NCBI GenBank assembly: GCA_963777505.1
Contig: CAVZQN010000004.1
Location: 1,344,001-1,408,000, forward strand
Direction: 5' to 3'
DNA from: an uncultured bacterium
GTDB lineage: Bacteria; Acidobacteriota; HRBIN11; JAKEFK01
DNA length: 64,000 nt
Shown here: in pieces, positions 9,431 through 19,519 of the stretch
Layout: every line of letters starts with the position of its first letter
Numbering within the stretch: position 1 is the first letter of the stretch
Notes under the pieces: generated by a model
What the model was told of the DNA's origin: nothing
Databases searched by the model: none
What the model saw: the letters and a program-made list of their open reading frames with translations, nothing else
Position numbers and translations under genes: made by a program

Positions 9431-10062
9431 TCAAAATAAACCTACTTGAGGTTGAAAAAGAACGCCGCCCATCGAAACCCGGAATTGCTTCAGCGGGAGT
9501 CGGTGGACCGACTGCGTTAATTGCCGCATTAATGATCGGGCTGGCAATCGGAGCATTTCTCCTGCACTACTTTATTAAAAAATCTCAACTCGCAACGCTT
9601 ACTAAAGATGTAATACAAAAACGAGAAAGAAAGAAGGAATTAGAACCGTATATCAAACGTGTTGATGAGTTGGAAAGACGAAGGAATGAGCTGGCCAAGA
9701 AAAATTATGCAATTGAAGAGTTACGCAGTCAGCGCACAATACCAGTTCATATTCTCGATGAAGTCAGCCGATCCATTCCTGAATATCTCTGGCTGACGAA
9801 CCTGACTTTGAAAGGCGCAGTTTTAAGTATTGATGGGGAAACTTTACAAGAACAAGCGATCCCCACACTTATGAAAACATTGGATTCTTCTCAGTTTATT
9901 GGAACGCCAAGGTTGATCGAAACGAAACAAAGAGCTACAACCGGTCAGCAAGCGGGTTCGAGTACACAGTTTAAACTTTCGGCGGCAATTACAAATCCAT
10001 TTAAACCAAAAGCGCCGGAAGTGAAAGAAACGACAACTAAGAAGCGCAAGAGCGCATCGTAG
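9427..10062 (+). CDS. pilN: Type IV pilus assembly protein PilN
   Basis: MIKINLL PilM-binding motif, one TM, coiled coil, IPEYLWLT. Confidence 0.9.
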   Translation: MIKINLLEVEKERRPSKPGIASAGVGGPTALIAALMIGLAIGAFLLHYFIKKSQLATLTKDVIQKRERKKELEPYIKRVDELERRRNELAKKNYAIEELRSQRTIPVHILDEVSRSIPEYLWLTNLTLKGAVLSIDGETLQEQAIPTLMKTLDSSQFIGTPRLIETKQRATTGQQAGSSTQFKLSAAITNPFKPKAPEVKETTTKKRKSAS

Positions 10063-10075
10063 AGGAAACAGAACT

Positions 10076-10699
10076 ATGGCAATGTCAGATACCATTAAAG
10101 GTTGGCCCTGGTATGGGCAAGCTTTTCTGTTTCTACTAATCGGTGCAGCCTTGTTTTATGGCGGTCATCGTTTGTTGGTGAAACCGATTAACGAAGAAAT
10201 GTCACGCTTAAATATCGAAAGGGAAGAACTCATCGCTGAGATCAATAAAGGTGAAACTTTAAAAGCACGATTTATTGAATTTGAAGCTGAATTGAAACGG
10301 TTGGAAGGGCAGCTTGAATCTCTAAAAAGAATTCTGCCATCCACTGAAGAAATTGCTGATCTTTACAGCAGAATTCAGCAAGAAGGAACTGAATTGGGTT
10401 TGAATATCATGTTGTTCAAGCCAGGAAATCACGTTCCTAAGGAATACTATGACGAATGGCCGATTGCGATGACTTTAAGTGGTAACTACCACATTCTGGC
10501 CAAGTTTTTTGAACGGATCGGGAAATTGTATCGAATTATTAATGTGAATGATTTTGCTGTGAAGACCTCAACTGGCAGAGCAGCAGGAGTGGCGTCAAGC
10601 ACTACTATCCAAGCCACTTGTGTAGCGACTACCTTCATATATAAAGAGGGTACACCAGATGCCAAGACAACGACTAAGAAAAGGGGAGGTAGAACATGA
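10076..10699 (+). CDS. pilO: Type IV pilus assembly protein PilO
   Basis: N-terminal TM, coiled coil, LPSTEEIADL, YDEWPI...GNYHILAKFF; synteny. Confidence 0.9.
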   Translation: MAMSDTIKGWPWYGQAFLFLLIGAALFYGGHRLLVKPINEEMSRLNIEREELIAEINKGETLKARFIEFEAELKRLEGQLESLKRILPSTEEIADLYSRIQQEGTELGLNIMLFKPGNHVPKEYYDEWPIAMTLSGNYHILAKFFERIGKLYRIINVNDFAVKTSTGRAAGVASSTTIQATCVATTFIYKEGTPDAKTTTKKRGGRT

Positions 10700-11214
10700 A
10701 GAATCGTGGTCTTTTGCTTTTTCTTGTCCTTATTACTTTAACATTTGGGACTTTAACGGTGGCTCAGGCTCAAACTGCTGAGCCGGTTCCACCAGCTTCA
10801 GAACCTCCGTCACAAGTACCAAGCCTGACCTCATCAGTTGAGAAAAAGGCAGACTCACCAGAAACATACGATATCAGTTATAACTACGATCCGGCGAACC
10901 GTCGTGATCCTTTTATCAGTTTACTTACTGGAATCAAAGGTAAGAAAACACCACAAGGGCAGTTAACAGTAACAGATGCTAAAGTGGTAGGGATTACGCG
11001 GAACCGTGACGGCTACGTTGCAATCATCATGGGAGCTGATAAAAAGGCTCGATTTATGAAGCCTGGAGACAAGCTTTATGACGGAGCGGTGATCGCAATT
11101 GAAGCTGATCGTGTTATCTTCCGTCAGGACTTAACGGAAGATACACTCACTGCACCGGGTTTGAAATCAAAGGAAGTCGTTAAGAGGTTACATCCCGTCC
11201 AGGAGGGGACATAA
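10696..11214 (+). CDS. pilP: Type IV pilus assembly protein PilP-like
   Basis: YDPANRRDPF motif, VVGI...AII...GD; position between pilO and pilQ; no lipobox Cys after the signal. Confidence 0.8.
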   Translation: MKNRGLLLFLVLITLTFGTLTVAQAQTAEPVPPASEPPSQVPSLTSSVEKKADSPETYDISYNYDPANRRDPFISLLTGIKGKKTPQGQLTVTDAKVVGITRNRDGYVAIIMGADKKARFMKPGDKLYDGAVIAIEADRVIFRQDLTEDTLTAPGLKSKEVVKRLHPVQEGT

Positions 11215-13820
11215 TGAGCAAACTTCATCCATGTTTGTTGTCCTTTCTGTTGATCCTTTCGTTTTTTGCGCCAGCTTTTGTACTGGCTGAGGATCTAGTA
11301 GGCATCAAAAACTTATCGTGGGAGGAACAGAAGAACCGTACGAAGATTGTGTTGGAAACATCACAACCACTCGTTTATACGGTCACCTCACCGCAATCCA
11401 CTTCGGAAGTTCATATTGAATTGGCGAATCTGGATTTGCGAAACATGCCTCAAGAGCTGTTTATAAATACAAGTGAAGTCGTTTCCCTCCGAACATTTCC
11501 TCAAACGGAAGGCCAGAAAGCAAAGATAATTCTGAAACTGGCATCGATACTTCCATATGAAGTGAAAACGGATGGCGCAAATCTCTATGTAGAGATTAAT
11601 GCCAAGGGACAAGGTGATGGTTTACTTGCCCCTGCTCCTACAATGACGTCACAGCCGGCACCAAAACAGGAAGAACCTGTAAAAGTGGAACCGATTCAGG
11701 AAGCAACACTTGCTCCAATTGAAGAGAAGCAATCGGAACCGGAAGTGAAGGCAGCTCCAACACCAGCGCCAGAGGAAATTGCAGAACTAAAAACTCTTGA
11801 ACCAGCTACAGAAGTACGTAGTGTGCGTATTGAAGAGCTGGAAAATAGAGTTGATGTTGTGCTGGTTGGAAATGGCTCGTTCCGATATGACGTTTTTGAG
11901 CTTTCTAATCCAAATCGCATTGTTATCGATTTGAAATCGGTCACAGTTGCAGCAGGAATTAAGAACGTTGTAGAAGGAAGCAATGAGATGCTTTCACGCG
12001 TGCGTGTAGCACAGTTTCAACAATCTCCTAAAATCGCGCGCGCGGTCATCGATTTGAATTCAAAAGTTCCATATACAATCAAACCAAAAGGTGCAGAACT
12101 TTTAGTTCATATTGGTGCAACTCCAAAGGATGATGCTGCTGCAATAAATCCAGAGCCATCCATTGCGAATTCTTCAGAACCTGCAATTGAAACACAACAG
12201 GAAGAGCAAACCGAAGAAGCTGTTCCAGAGCCAGTTCCAACAGAACCAGCTGCGATGGAAACAGAACCGGCTCCGGTTGAAATCTCTTCACTTCCTCCTG
12301 CTTCAATTGAACCAGTAAAGTTGGCCGCGAAAGATTCAGTTCCATCAGTGGAAAGCGCGGCAAAAACTGAAGAACCCATTACACAGGACAATGAACAGTT
12401 TTTTACTTTTAAGCCTGATACATCACTCTTCGCACAGGAAGGCAGCACCACTGGCAGTTCGACGACGGGTTCGTCGGGTACCGGTACGACTGGCGAAGGC
12501 GCTGGTGGATATGGGATGGGATCTTTTGGTGATAAAACACTTCGAAGTGGAGAAAAACAATATACAGGTGAACCATTCTCCTTCGATTTCAAAGATATTG
12601 ACATAAAAGATCTCTTCAGATTTATCGCTGATATTTCCGGACTCAATGTAATCCTGGATCCTGCTGTTAGAGGATCCGTAACTTTGAAACTTACTGAAGT
12701 ACCCTGGGATCAGGCTTTAGATCTGATCACAAAAAACCAGGGCCTTGGTTACACAATTGAAGGAAATGTCATTCGAATCGCACCGATTCAAAAGATCGCC
12801 GATGAAGAAAAGAAACGTGCTGATGCTGAACGTCAGCAGATGTTGAGCGCTCCTCTTGTTACAAAAATAAAACCGCTTAGCTATGCAAAAGCAAATGATG
12901 TAGACCGTGTAGTCAGGCGTTTGTTAACACCGAAAGGCAGCGCTATTGTTGATCCACGTACTAACACAATGATTATTACCGACATCAATACAAATATTGA
13001 TGCGATTATTAACTTGATCGATACGTTAGATTCCAGAACGGCTCAAGTTTTGATCGAAGCTCGTATTGTTGAAACAAACAAGAACTTCTCACAAGCTTTT
13101 GGTATTCAGTGGGGTTTCCGTGGAATCGTAGATCCTACATTTGGTAACAATACGACCTTGCAATTCCCGAACAATATTCTGGTTACTGGAAACAATTTGA
13201 CTCCAACAGCCGGAATAACAGGGAATCCATTGGGTGGATACGCAGTCAACCTGCCAACAGATCAAGCTCCGAATTCAGCGATCGGACTCTCGCTCGGAAA
13301 CATTCTTGATACGTTCAGGTTAGATCTTGCATTAATGGCATTGGAACAAAGCGGTAATGCACGCATCCTTTCATCGCCAAAAGTGGCTACCCAGAACAAT
13401 GCAAAGGCGGAAATTCTTCAAGGTGCACAAATTCCGTATCAAACAATTGCAAACAATACAATTACTACAACCTTCATCAATGCTGCACTCCGTATGTCCG
13501 TAACACCGCAGATTACTTCAGAAGGAACGATCATTATGGACATCGAAGTTGAAAACAACAGGCCAGATTTTACGCGATCTGTTGGAGCAGCTGGTGGAAC
13601 ACCGCCAATCAACATCGAACGCGCTACAACAACGCTTCTGGTTGAAGATGGCGGAACAACTGTGATTGGTGGAATTTTCCAAGCACAGGAACAATACACC
13701 CAAGGTCGAACGCCGGTCCTTCATCGCATTCCGCTTCTCGGCTGGCTGTTTAAGAACCAGAATGTCATTAGAGAAAACCGCGAACTGTTGATCTTTATCA
13801 CACCGCGGATCTTGCGTTAG
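11214..13820 (+). CDS. pilQ: Type IV pilus secretin PilQ (two AMIN domains)
   Basis: YTGEPFSFDFKDIDI, VPWDQALDLI, QVLIEARIVE, IPLLGWLFK...ELLIFITPRI. Confidence 0.95.
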   Translation: MSKLHPCLLSFLLILSFFAPAFVLAEDLVGIKNLSWEEQKNRTKIVLETSQPLVYTVTSPQSTSEVHIELANLDLRNMPQELFINTSEVVSLRTFPQTEGQKAKIILKLASILPYEVKTDGANLYVEINAKGQGDGLLAPAPTMTSQPAPKQEEPVKVEPIQEATLAPIEEKQSEPEVKAAPTPAPEEIAELKTLEPATEVRSVRIEELENRVDVVLVGNGSFRYDVFELSNPNRIVIDLKSVTVAAGIKNVVEGSNEMLSRVRVAQFQQSPKIARAVIDLNSKVPYTIKPKGAELLVHIGATPKDDAAAINPEPSIANSSEPAIETQQEEQTEEAVPEPVPTEPAAMETEPAPVEISSLPPASIEPVKLAAKDSVPSVESAAKTEEPITQDNEQFFTFKPDTSLFAQEGSTTGSSTTGSSGTGTTGEGAGGYGMGSFGDKTLRSGEKQYTGEPFSFDFKDIDIKDLFRFIADISGLNVILDPAVRGSVTLKLTEVPWDQALDLITKNQGLGYTIEGNVIRIAPIQKIADEEKKRADAERQQMLSAPLVTKIKPLSYAKANDVDRVVRRLLTPKGSAIVDPRTNTMIITDINTNIDAIINLIDTLDSRTAQVLIEARIVETNKNFSQAFGIQWGFRGIVDPTFGNNTTLQFPNNILVTGNNLTPTAGITGNPLGGYAVNLPTDQAPNSAIGLSLGNILDTFRLDLALMALEQSGNARILSSPKVATQNNAKAEILQGAQIPYQTIANNTITTTFINAALRMSVTPQITSEGTIIMDIEVENNRPDFTRSVGAAGGTPPINIERATTTLLVEDGGTTVIGGIFQAQEQYTQGRTPVLHRIPLLGWLFKNQNVIRENRELLIFITPRILR

Positions 13821-13833
13821 GAGGAGGGAAACA

Positions 13834-14469
13834 ATGAGCATCAAAACTTTAAGACTAAAACCAGCGTTTTTGGTCCTCCTGGCTGTGGCTCTTATGAGCT
13901 ACGCTTGTTCGCGCGTGGAAGACAATACACGCTCCGGTTCGCTGCTTGTCGTAGAAAGCGTGGTTGGATCAGCCGGATCAGATGAGCAAGAACAGACGCC
14001 ATTGCTTTCAGATCTTTGTGAAGCGGAACCACCAGAATGTGATCAATGTTTCAGATTCAATGACAACGCTGTTGTTACATTCGCAAATGAATTTCTGCAA
14101 ATCGGACCTGGCTCAGGCGTGGGAAATGGTAGCTTCCTGAATGACATTATTGTAAATCGCTATCGTGTTGATTATTTCCGGCCTAATAACCGGAATACTC
14201 CTGGCGTAGACGTCCCATATGGGATCGATGGCACAATGAATGTTCGTATAACGCTAGGTGGAAGTGCCTCAGCTCCGATTATTGTTGTTCGGCATGTTCA
14301 AAAGAGAGAACCACCACTTTCTGATCTGATTCAATTGGGTCCTTTTGAAGATGTCATTACAACGCAATCTGAAATTAAGTTCTTTGGACAGGATGTAGCC
14401 GGTCGCACCGTGTCTGCATTTGGGTTCTTAGAAATCCATTTTGCGAACTTTGGGGATGAGGGGTGTTAA
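13834..14469 (+). CDS. Uncharacterised lipoprotein downstream of pilQ
   Basis: AGGAGG RBS; lipobox-like LMSYA-C; beta-rich; several Cys. Confidence 0.8.
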   Translation: MSIKTLRLKPAFLVLLAVALMSYACSRVEDNTRSGSLLVVESVVGSAGSDEQEQTPLLSDLCEAEPPECDQCFRFNDNAVVTFANEFLQIGPGSGVGNGSFLNDIIVNRYRVDYFRPNNRNTPGVDVPYGIDGTMNVRITLGGSASAPIIVVRHVQKREPPLSDLIQLGPFEDVITTQSEIKFFGQDVAGRTVSAFGFLEIHFANFGDEGC

Positions 14470-14498
14470 TCATGGTCAGGAAGGTGTCGGAGGGAATT

Positions 14499-15989
14499 AT
14501 GAGAGCGAAATTCAGCTCGCGTACGTTTAAAAATGCGATGATTTTGCTTGTTCTGCTTACAGGCGCTATTGTTGTGAGCAGTTGTCGTAGCGATGAGGTA
14601 GAAATACCACCGCTTACCGGGCCAAGCGGCGCACGATTATTCTTACAGATTCAGGCAAATCCCGACCATTTAGTAATGCATGAGCCCGGGCGTCCCCGCG
14701 AAACATCAGAAATTACAATTCAATTGAAGAATCATCTTGGACAAGGAGTCCCTGGTGAGAACTTAAAACTTCGTATCTTAAACCGTACATTTAATGAAGT
14801 AAATATCGGACGGCTCAGTGATTTCAATGTACGGACCGATGGATCTGGTTTTGCGCGCGTGATCTATACAGCTCCCGATACAAGCGAATTATTTGACGCA
14901 ACAAGGATCATTATTCGTGCAGTTCTCACGAATGCTGCGTATCCAGATGAAGTAACGGATAATCATGAAATTGAACTTCAACGCTCTTCCGTTGATCCTG
15001 GAGAATGCGCAGGAGATCTATTCCCGCAAGGTGAAGTCTCCGTAAGTCCGTCCAGCCCAGTGGTAAATGAAACTGTCTGTTTCAATGCAACGGCAGTCTT
15101 CCCAACGGCTGAAGAATTCTTCTGGGATTTTGGAAATGGTGATACAGCCCAAAGTGGTAGCGGCCAAACCGTTTGTACTTCTTTTGGTAGTGATGGAACA
15201 TTCACTGTCAGCTTATTGGCTAGAAGCAATGATCGTGATTGCGGTGAAATAAGTTTCGCCGTTGTTGTAGAAGAAGGTGAACCGGCGACATGTACAATTA
15301 CATTCTCACCGTCCCCAGTGCTTGAGGGTCAGGATGTGACATTCATCGCAACGACAACTGACAATGATGGTGACGTAAGACGGTTCAGTTGGAACTTCGG
15401 CGATGGGTCGACGCAAAACACAAATAGTGGGACCGTTACGCATGATTATGATGAAGCGGGCACCTACACCGTCGTGTTAACCATTACGGATGATCAAGGT
15501 AATATCTCGACGTGTACAACCACAGTCACTGTATCGGCGGAGCAGGAAGGAGATCCTATTTGCTCGTTCACAGTCAGCCCGACGAACATACTGGCAAACA
15601 CTACACCTGTATCAGCCAATGCTACGGCGAGCGACGACGATGACGGTGAAATTGTCACGTATTTCGTTGATTGGGGCGATGGCTCAGCGCCAGATACGTT
15701 GAACTGTCCGAACGGCGTATGTCCGGGCACATTTGCGATCATCAATAAGTCAAGTGGACCGTACACATCGGAAGGAAGCTTCACGGTTACACTGTTAGTA
15801 GTTGACGATGATGGCAACGACTCAAGCTGTACGCAGCAGGTCACAGTGTGTCCGTCCACAGGATGTCCTACAGGGGATGCCCAGTGTTCGGATGGAATCG
15901 ACAATGATTCCGATGGTTTCACTGACTTTAGCCCGACGCCAGGAATCGGTGATCCTCAGTGCTCAAGTGCCACGGATGACACTGAGTAG
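14499..15989 (+). CDS. Cys-rich PKD/Ig-domain lipoprotein
   Basis: Lipobox-like VVSS-C; three PKD motifs (WDFGNG, WNFGDG, DWGDG); C-terminal CSDGIDNDSDG...DPQC motif; start at ATG 14499 after GGAGG. Confidence 0.85.
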   Translation: MRAKFSSRTFKNAMILLVLLTGAIVVSSCRSDEVEIPPLTGPSGARLFLQIQANPDHLVMHEPGRPRETSEITIQLKNHLGQGVPGENLKLRILNRTFNEVNIGRLSDFNVRTDGSGFARVIYTAPDTSELFDATRIIIRAVLTNAAYPDEVTDNHEIELQRSSVDPGECAGDLFPQGEVSVSPSSPVVNETVCFNATAVFPTAEEFFWDFGNGDTAQSGSGQTVCTSFGSDGTFTVSLLARSNDRDCGEISFAVVVEEGEPATCTITFSPSPVLEGQDVTFIATTTDNDGDVRRFSWNFGDGSTQNTNSGTVTHDYDEAGTYTVVLTITDDQGNISTCTTTVTVSAEQEGDPICSFTVSPTNILANTTPVSANATASDDDDGEIVTYFVDWGDGSAPDTLNCPNGVCPGTFAIINKSSGPYTSEGSFTVTLLVVDDDGNDSSCTQQVTVCPSTGCPTGDAQCSDGIDNDSDGFTDFSPTPGIGDPQCSSATDDTE

Positions 15990-16030
15990 AAAGTGTTGAT
16001 CTAGATTTTAGGATAGGGTAGAATTTGTTT

Positions 16031-16059
16031 GGGGCCAGGTGATGAACCTGGCCCTTTTT
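16031..16059 (+). terminator. Rho-independent terminator
   Basis: gggccaggt-gatga-acctggccc followed by TTTTT. Confidence 0.8.
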
Positions 16060-16087
16060 CTGTTTGTTACTAATGTAGTAGTTGAAA

Positions 16088-17293
16088 ATGATGAAAGTTG
16101 CTCGGCGCTTGTTGATACTCCTGGGTGTTGTTCTTTTCATTGCCAATTGTGATCAAGTTGATTTCACGGCGCCGCAGGGTTCAACTTTAACCATCACAAT
16201 TCAGCCGCCGGCAGTAGCGACATTTGGCAATGCCAACATCACTGTTATTGGAACACGTGGTACCGGTGCTCCGTTGCCGGATGGAACGGTGATTCATTTC
16301 ACTTCAAATCTTGGAACTATTACTCCCAACCCGGCTGAAACAGATAATGGTGTAGCTACCGCTCAATTCCGCTCTGGCAGCCGTTCAGGCACAGCTACCA
16401 TTACAGCCACTTCTGGGGATTCAGAAGAATCGAGTGTAGAAGTTATCATTGGCGAAGCACGCCCGGCGCAGGTCATTCTCATTTCAACGCCATCCGATTT
16501 GCCATTTGGTGGAGGATCGGTGAGGCTCACTGCGCATGTCACTGATGAAGATGGAAATCCACTCGCAGGAATTGCGGTATTTTTTGAATCGACTTCGGGA
16601 GAATTAGCTTCAGGCGGACGTACCGTCCGCACAAATGATGCTGGAATTGCGACCGATACATTGACAACAAGCATTGATGCAGAAGTCACTGCTACAACAG
16701 CAAACGGAATTTCATCAGAGGCTCAAGCAATTGATGTATCGCCTGGCGAAGGTCCGGAATGTAGTTTTGTATTCTCACCGCCTAATCCAGAGCCTGGAGA
16801 AACAGTTACCTTTACAAGCACTTCAACGAATCCGGATAATCCAATTGTCGATTTCTTCTGGGATTTTGGTGATGGCGAAACGGCTGAAGGGCCTATTGTT
16901 ACACATGAATTCGAAGTTGCCGGCACCTATACAGTTGTTCTTACCGTTGTAGATGAGTTCGGATTCAGTTCAATCTGTACTGAGGAAGTCGTTGTTGAGA
17001 TTGATCTGCCAGATTGTTCATTTGAAATTACTCCTGATTTACCCGATGAAGGTGAGACTGTCGCGTTTGATGCGTCACAATCCACAGATGAAACGGGAAT
17101 TGCATCGTTCGAATGGTCCTTTGGTGATGGATCACCCACCGTTGAAGAAACCGATCCATTCACGACCCATGTTTACAGCTTCCCTGATTGCAGTGGTGGC
17201 GCAGATCGAACCGTACAGGTCAGCCTTATCGTGACCGATAACGAGGGTGCGACAAACTTCTGTTCTTTACCTCTGACAATCGCGTGCCAGTAG
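16088..17293 (+). CDS. Ig-like (Big_1) + PKD domain probable lipoprotein
   Basis: Signal ending FIAN-C; two invasin-like Ig modules (GAPLPDGTVIHF, DEDGNPLAG); PKD motifs WDFGDG, WSFGDG. Confidence 0.85.
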   Translation: MMKVARRLLILLGVVLFIANCDQVDFTAPQGSTLTITIQPPAVATFGNANITVIGTRGTGAPLPDGTVIHFTSNLGTITPNPAETDNGVATAQFRSGSRSGTATITATSGDSEESSVEVIIGEARPAQVILISTPSDLPFGGGSVRLTAHVTDEDGNPLAGIAVFFESTSGELASGGRTVRTNDAGIATDTLTTSIDAEVTATTANGISSEAQAIDVSPGEGPECSFVFSPPNPEPGETVTFTSTSTNPDNPIVDFFWDFGDGETAEGPIVTHEFEVAGTYTVVLTVVDEFGFSSICTEEVVVEIDLPDCSFEITPDLPDEGETVAFDASQSTDETGIASFEWSFGDGSPTVEETDPFTTHVYSFPDCSGGADRTVQVSLIVTDNEGATNFCSLPLTIACQ

Positions 17294-17321
17294 GGTCGAA
17301 CACAATTTATCCTCGTGAAAT

Positions 17322-17350
17322 TTGCAAAAACAGCGTGATGCAAGTATAAT
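17322..17350 (+). promoter_or_regulatory. sigma70-type promoter for TPR-roadblock-accBC unit
   Basis: TTGCAA(17322)-17 nt-TATAAT(17345). Confidence 0.65.
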
Positions 17351-17404
17351 TCCGCTGATTAATGCTGCCTTTTAAAGAGCTGAAAAATCGAGGTTTACGC
17401 GTTC

Positions 17405-18562
17405 ATGTCCACCCCCGCTATCGATAAATTACTCAGAAAATTGGAGAAAGAGCCTACTTCGTTAATTTTCCTCCAATTGGCGGAGGAGTATCGTAAAGAA
17501 AGCTATTATGATGATGCGCTTTTCGTGTGTCAGGAAGGTCTCAAAAGACATCCAAATTATTGGTCTGCAAGGGTTGCACTGGGCCGGATCCACAAAGAAA
17601 TGGGCCATATCGATCTTGCACGGGAAGAACTTGAAAAGGTCATTAAGGCAGTTCCCGACAATTTATTAGCAAATAAATTGCTGGGTGACATTTATATGGA
17701 ATTGAATTTGAATCCGGAAGCTTTAAAACGGTATCAACTTGTACAGATGTTGACGCCCGCAGATGCAGAAGTTATCAATAACATCCAAAAACTTGAGATG
17801 CGTATTACAGGCGTTACTGCGCCGGTTGATCCGCCAACACTGGTGGAAGAACTAAAGATAGATCAAAATATGATGCCTCCTACTACAGTAGAAATGCTGA
17901 TTCCACGCAATCCAGGTTCTGAAATAAAAACAGAAGAGTTTCCTCAACTTACATTTCAGAATGATTTACCGCCATTTACGGATGATCTTCCGGGCTTTCT
18001 TGAAAAAACTTCACCGGGCACAGCATCACCTGCAGTTTTACAAGAATTTTTTGATTCGACAAATATTGAGCCATCTTCTTCCAATGAGCAGGCTCACGCA
18101 GTTGCGTTTGAGGAATCCCGATCCTATTCAGAGGTGGCCGTAGAATCGAGCGCTGATGGCTTTGACTTTCCTGAACTTGAACCTGTTCCTCAAAAAGTTG
18201 ATCAAACTCAACCGATGGAAGATGGTGAAGCAGATGAGTTAACGACTCAGACGCTTGCAGATTTATACGTTCAGCAGGGATTAATCGACAAAGCGACAAA
18301 GGTCTACCAAAAGCTGTTGCTAAACGATCCTGGAAACAACGAGATTATTCAACGCTTAAAAGATCTCAATCCAGCTGATGCACTTCTTTCGGCAGCGGCT
18401 GCGCAAGAACAAAAATTACGAGTAGCCTCTTCGAAGCCGAAAACAATGGACCGTTCAGCCGGCAATTCATCACGCATGCCGGATCGACTCAGTGAAGAGC
18501 GCAGACGGAAAATCAGCACTCTTGAAAATTGGCTTGCTGCGATTCGCAGAGAACGTTTATAA
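17405..18562 (+). CDS. Tetratricopeptide repeat protein
   Basis: N-terminal TPRs (LAEEYRK, ARVALGRI, ANKLLGDIY), acidic/Pro linker, C-terminal TLADLYVQQG TPR. Confidence 0.85.
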   Translation: MSTPAIDKLLRKLEKEPTSLIFLQLAEEYRKESYYDDALFVCQEGLKRHPNYWSARVALGRIHKEMGHIDLAREELEKVIKAVPDNLLANKLLGDIYMELNLNPEALKRYQLVQMLTPADAEVINNIQKLEMRITGVTAPVDPPTLVEELKIDQNMMPPTTVEMLIPRNPGSEIKTEEFPQLTFQNDLPPFTDDLPGFLEKTSPGTASPAVLQEFFDSTNIEPSSSNEQAHAVAFEESRSYSEVAVESSADGFDFPELEPVPQKVDQTQPMEDGEADELTTQTLADLYVQQGLIDKATKVYQKLLLNDPGNNEIIQRLKDLNPADALLSAAAAQEQKLRVASSKPKTMDRSAGNSSRMPDRLSEERRRKISTLENWLAAIRRERL

Positions 18563-18578
18563 GGCATAGGGCAGGGAT

Positions 18579-18935
18579 ATGTTTGCAGTCACCTTAAAAG
18601 AAATCGCAAATCGCATGGATGATGTTGAATGTATTTTATTGATGGGAACAGATGGCCTGGCCATTGAAAAAGTAGTAAAAAGCGAATCAGTAAATACTGA
18701 GTTATTGATTGCAGAATTCACAACCATCCTTCGGAATACCGCACAGACAGCCGCAGAAGTGAATGCCGGTGATTTAGAAGAGTTCATCCTGTTAACCGAT
18801 CGTCTGATTGTTATGCTAAAAGCAATCACTCAGGAATATTTCTTAGTACTAATATTATCTGGTGGCGGGAACATCGGCAGAGCGCGGTTTGAACTGAAAA
18901 AAGCCAAATATATTCTTGAAAAGGAATTTGTATAA
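18579..18935 (+). CDS. Roadblock/LC7 domain protein (MglC-like)
   Basis: 118 aa, LMGTDGLAIE, GNIGRARFEL roadblock signature; pil-acc synteny. Confidence 0.85.
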   Translation: MFAVTLKEIANRMDDVECILLMGTDGLAIEKVVKSESVNTELLIAEFTTILRNTAQTAAEVNAGDLEEFILLTDRLIVMLKAITQEYFLVLILSGGGNIGRARFELKKAKYILEKEFV

Positions 18936-19432
18936 TGTCAGACCGTCAAATGGATATAAATCTCGAGGAATTAAGAGAACTCATCAGATTGCTTCGCGAA
19001 AGCAATGTCAGCGAATTTGAGTTACAGAAAGCAGATTATCGTGTTCGAATTAAACATGGCGTTATTGTTGAAACGACGCAAGATGTAATCACTCAACAGG
19101 TAGGGGTTGCGAAACCTTCGAACGGACAGGATGCAACTTCCACACAAACGGAACAAACGCCTCCGGAGACCGCTGCAGCGCCCGAAGAAGCAACTCAAGA
19201 AGTGCGCTCGCCTATGGTTGGCACGTTTTATAGATCATCAAGTCCTGGTGCTTCCGCTTTTGTTGAAGTCGGAGATGTAATTCATAAAGGTCAGGTAATT
19301 TGCATTATTGAAGCCATGAAAATTATGAATGAAATTGAATCAGATATTGAAGGCGAAGTTCTCAAAGTCCACATCTCAAACGGCCAGCCTGTTGAATTCA
19401 GCGAAATTCTTTTCACAGTTAAGTCAGCTTAA
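18935..19432 (+). CDS. accB: Acetyl-CoA carboxylase biotin carboxyl carrier protein
   Basis: SPMVGTFYR, EAMKIMNEI biotinylation motif. Confidence 0.96.
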   Translation: MSDRQMDINLEELRELIRLLRESNVSEFELQKADYRVRIKHGVIVETTQDVITQQVGVAKPSNGQDATSTQTEQTPPETAAAPEEATQEVRSPMVGTFYRSSSPGASAFVEVGDVIHKGQVICIIEAMKIMNEIESDIEGEVLKVHISNGQPVEFSEILFTVKSA

Positions 19433-19505
19433 GTAGGGGCGGGTCTGAGACCCGCCCGAACCAAGAGATGTGATAATAACGGGCGGGTCTCAGACCCGCC
19501 CCTAC
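19433..19505. repeat. REP doublet (REPIN-like), family A
   Basis: GTAGGGGCGGGTCTGAGACCCGCCC...GGGCGGGTCTCAGACCCGCCCCTAC. Confidence 0.9.
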
Positions 19506-19519
19506 GTAATGATAAACAT

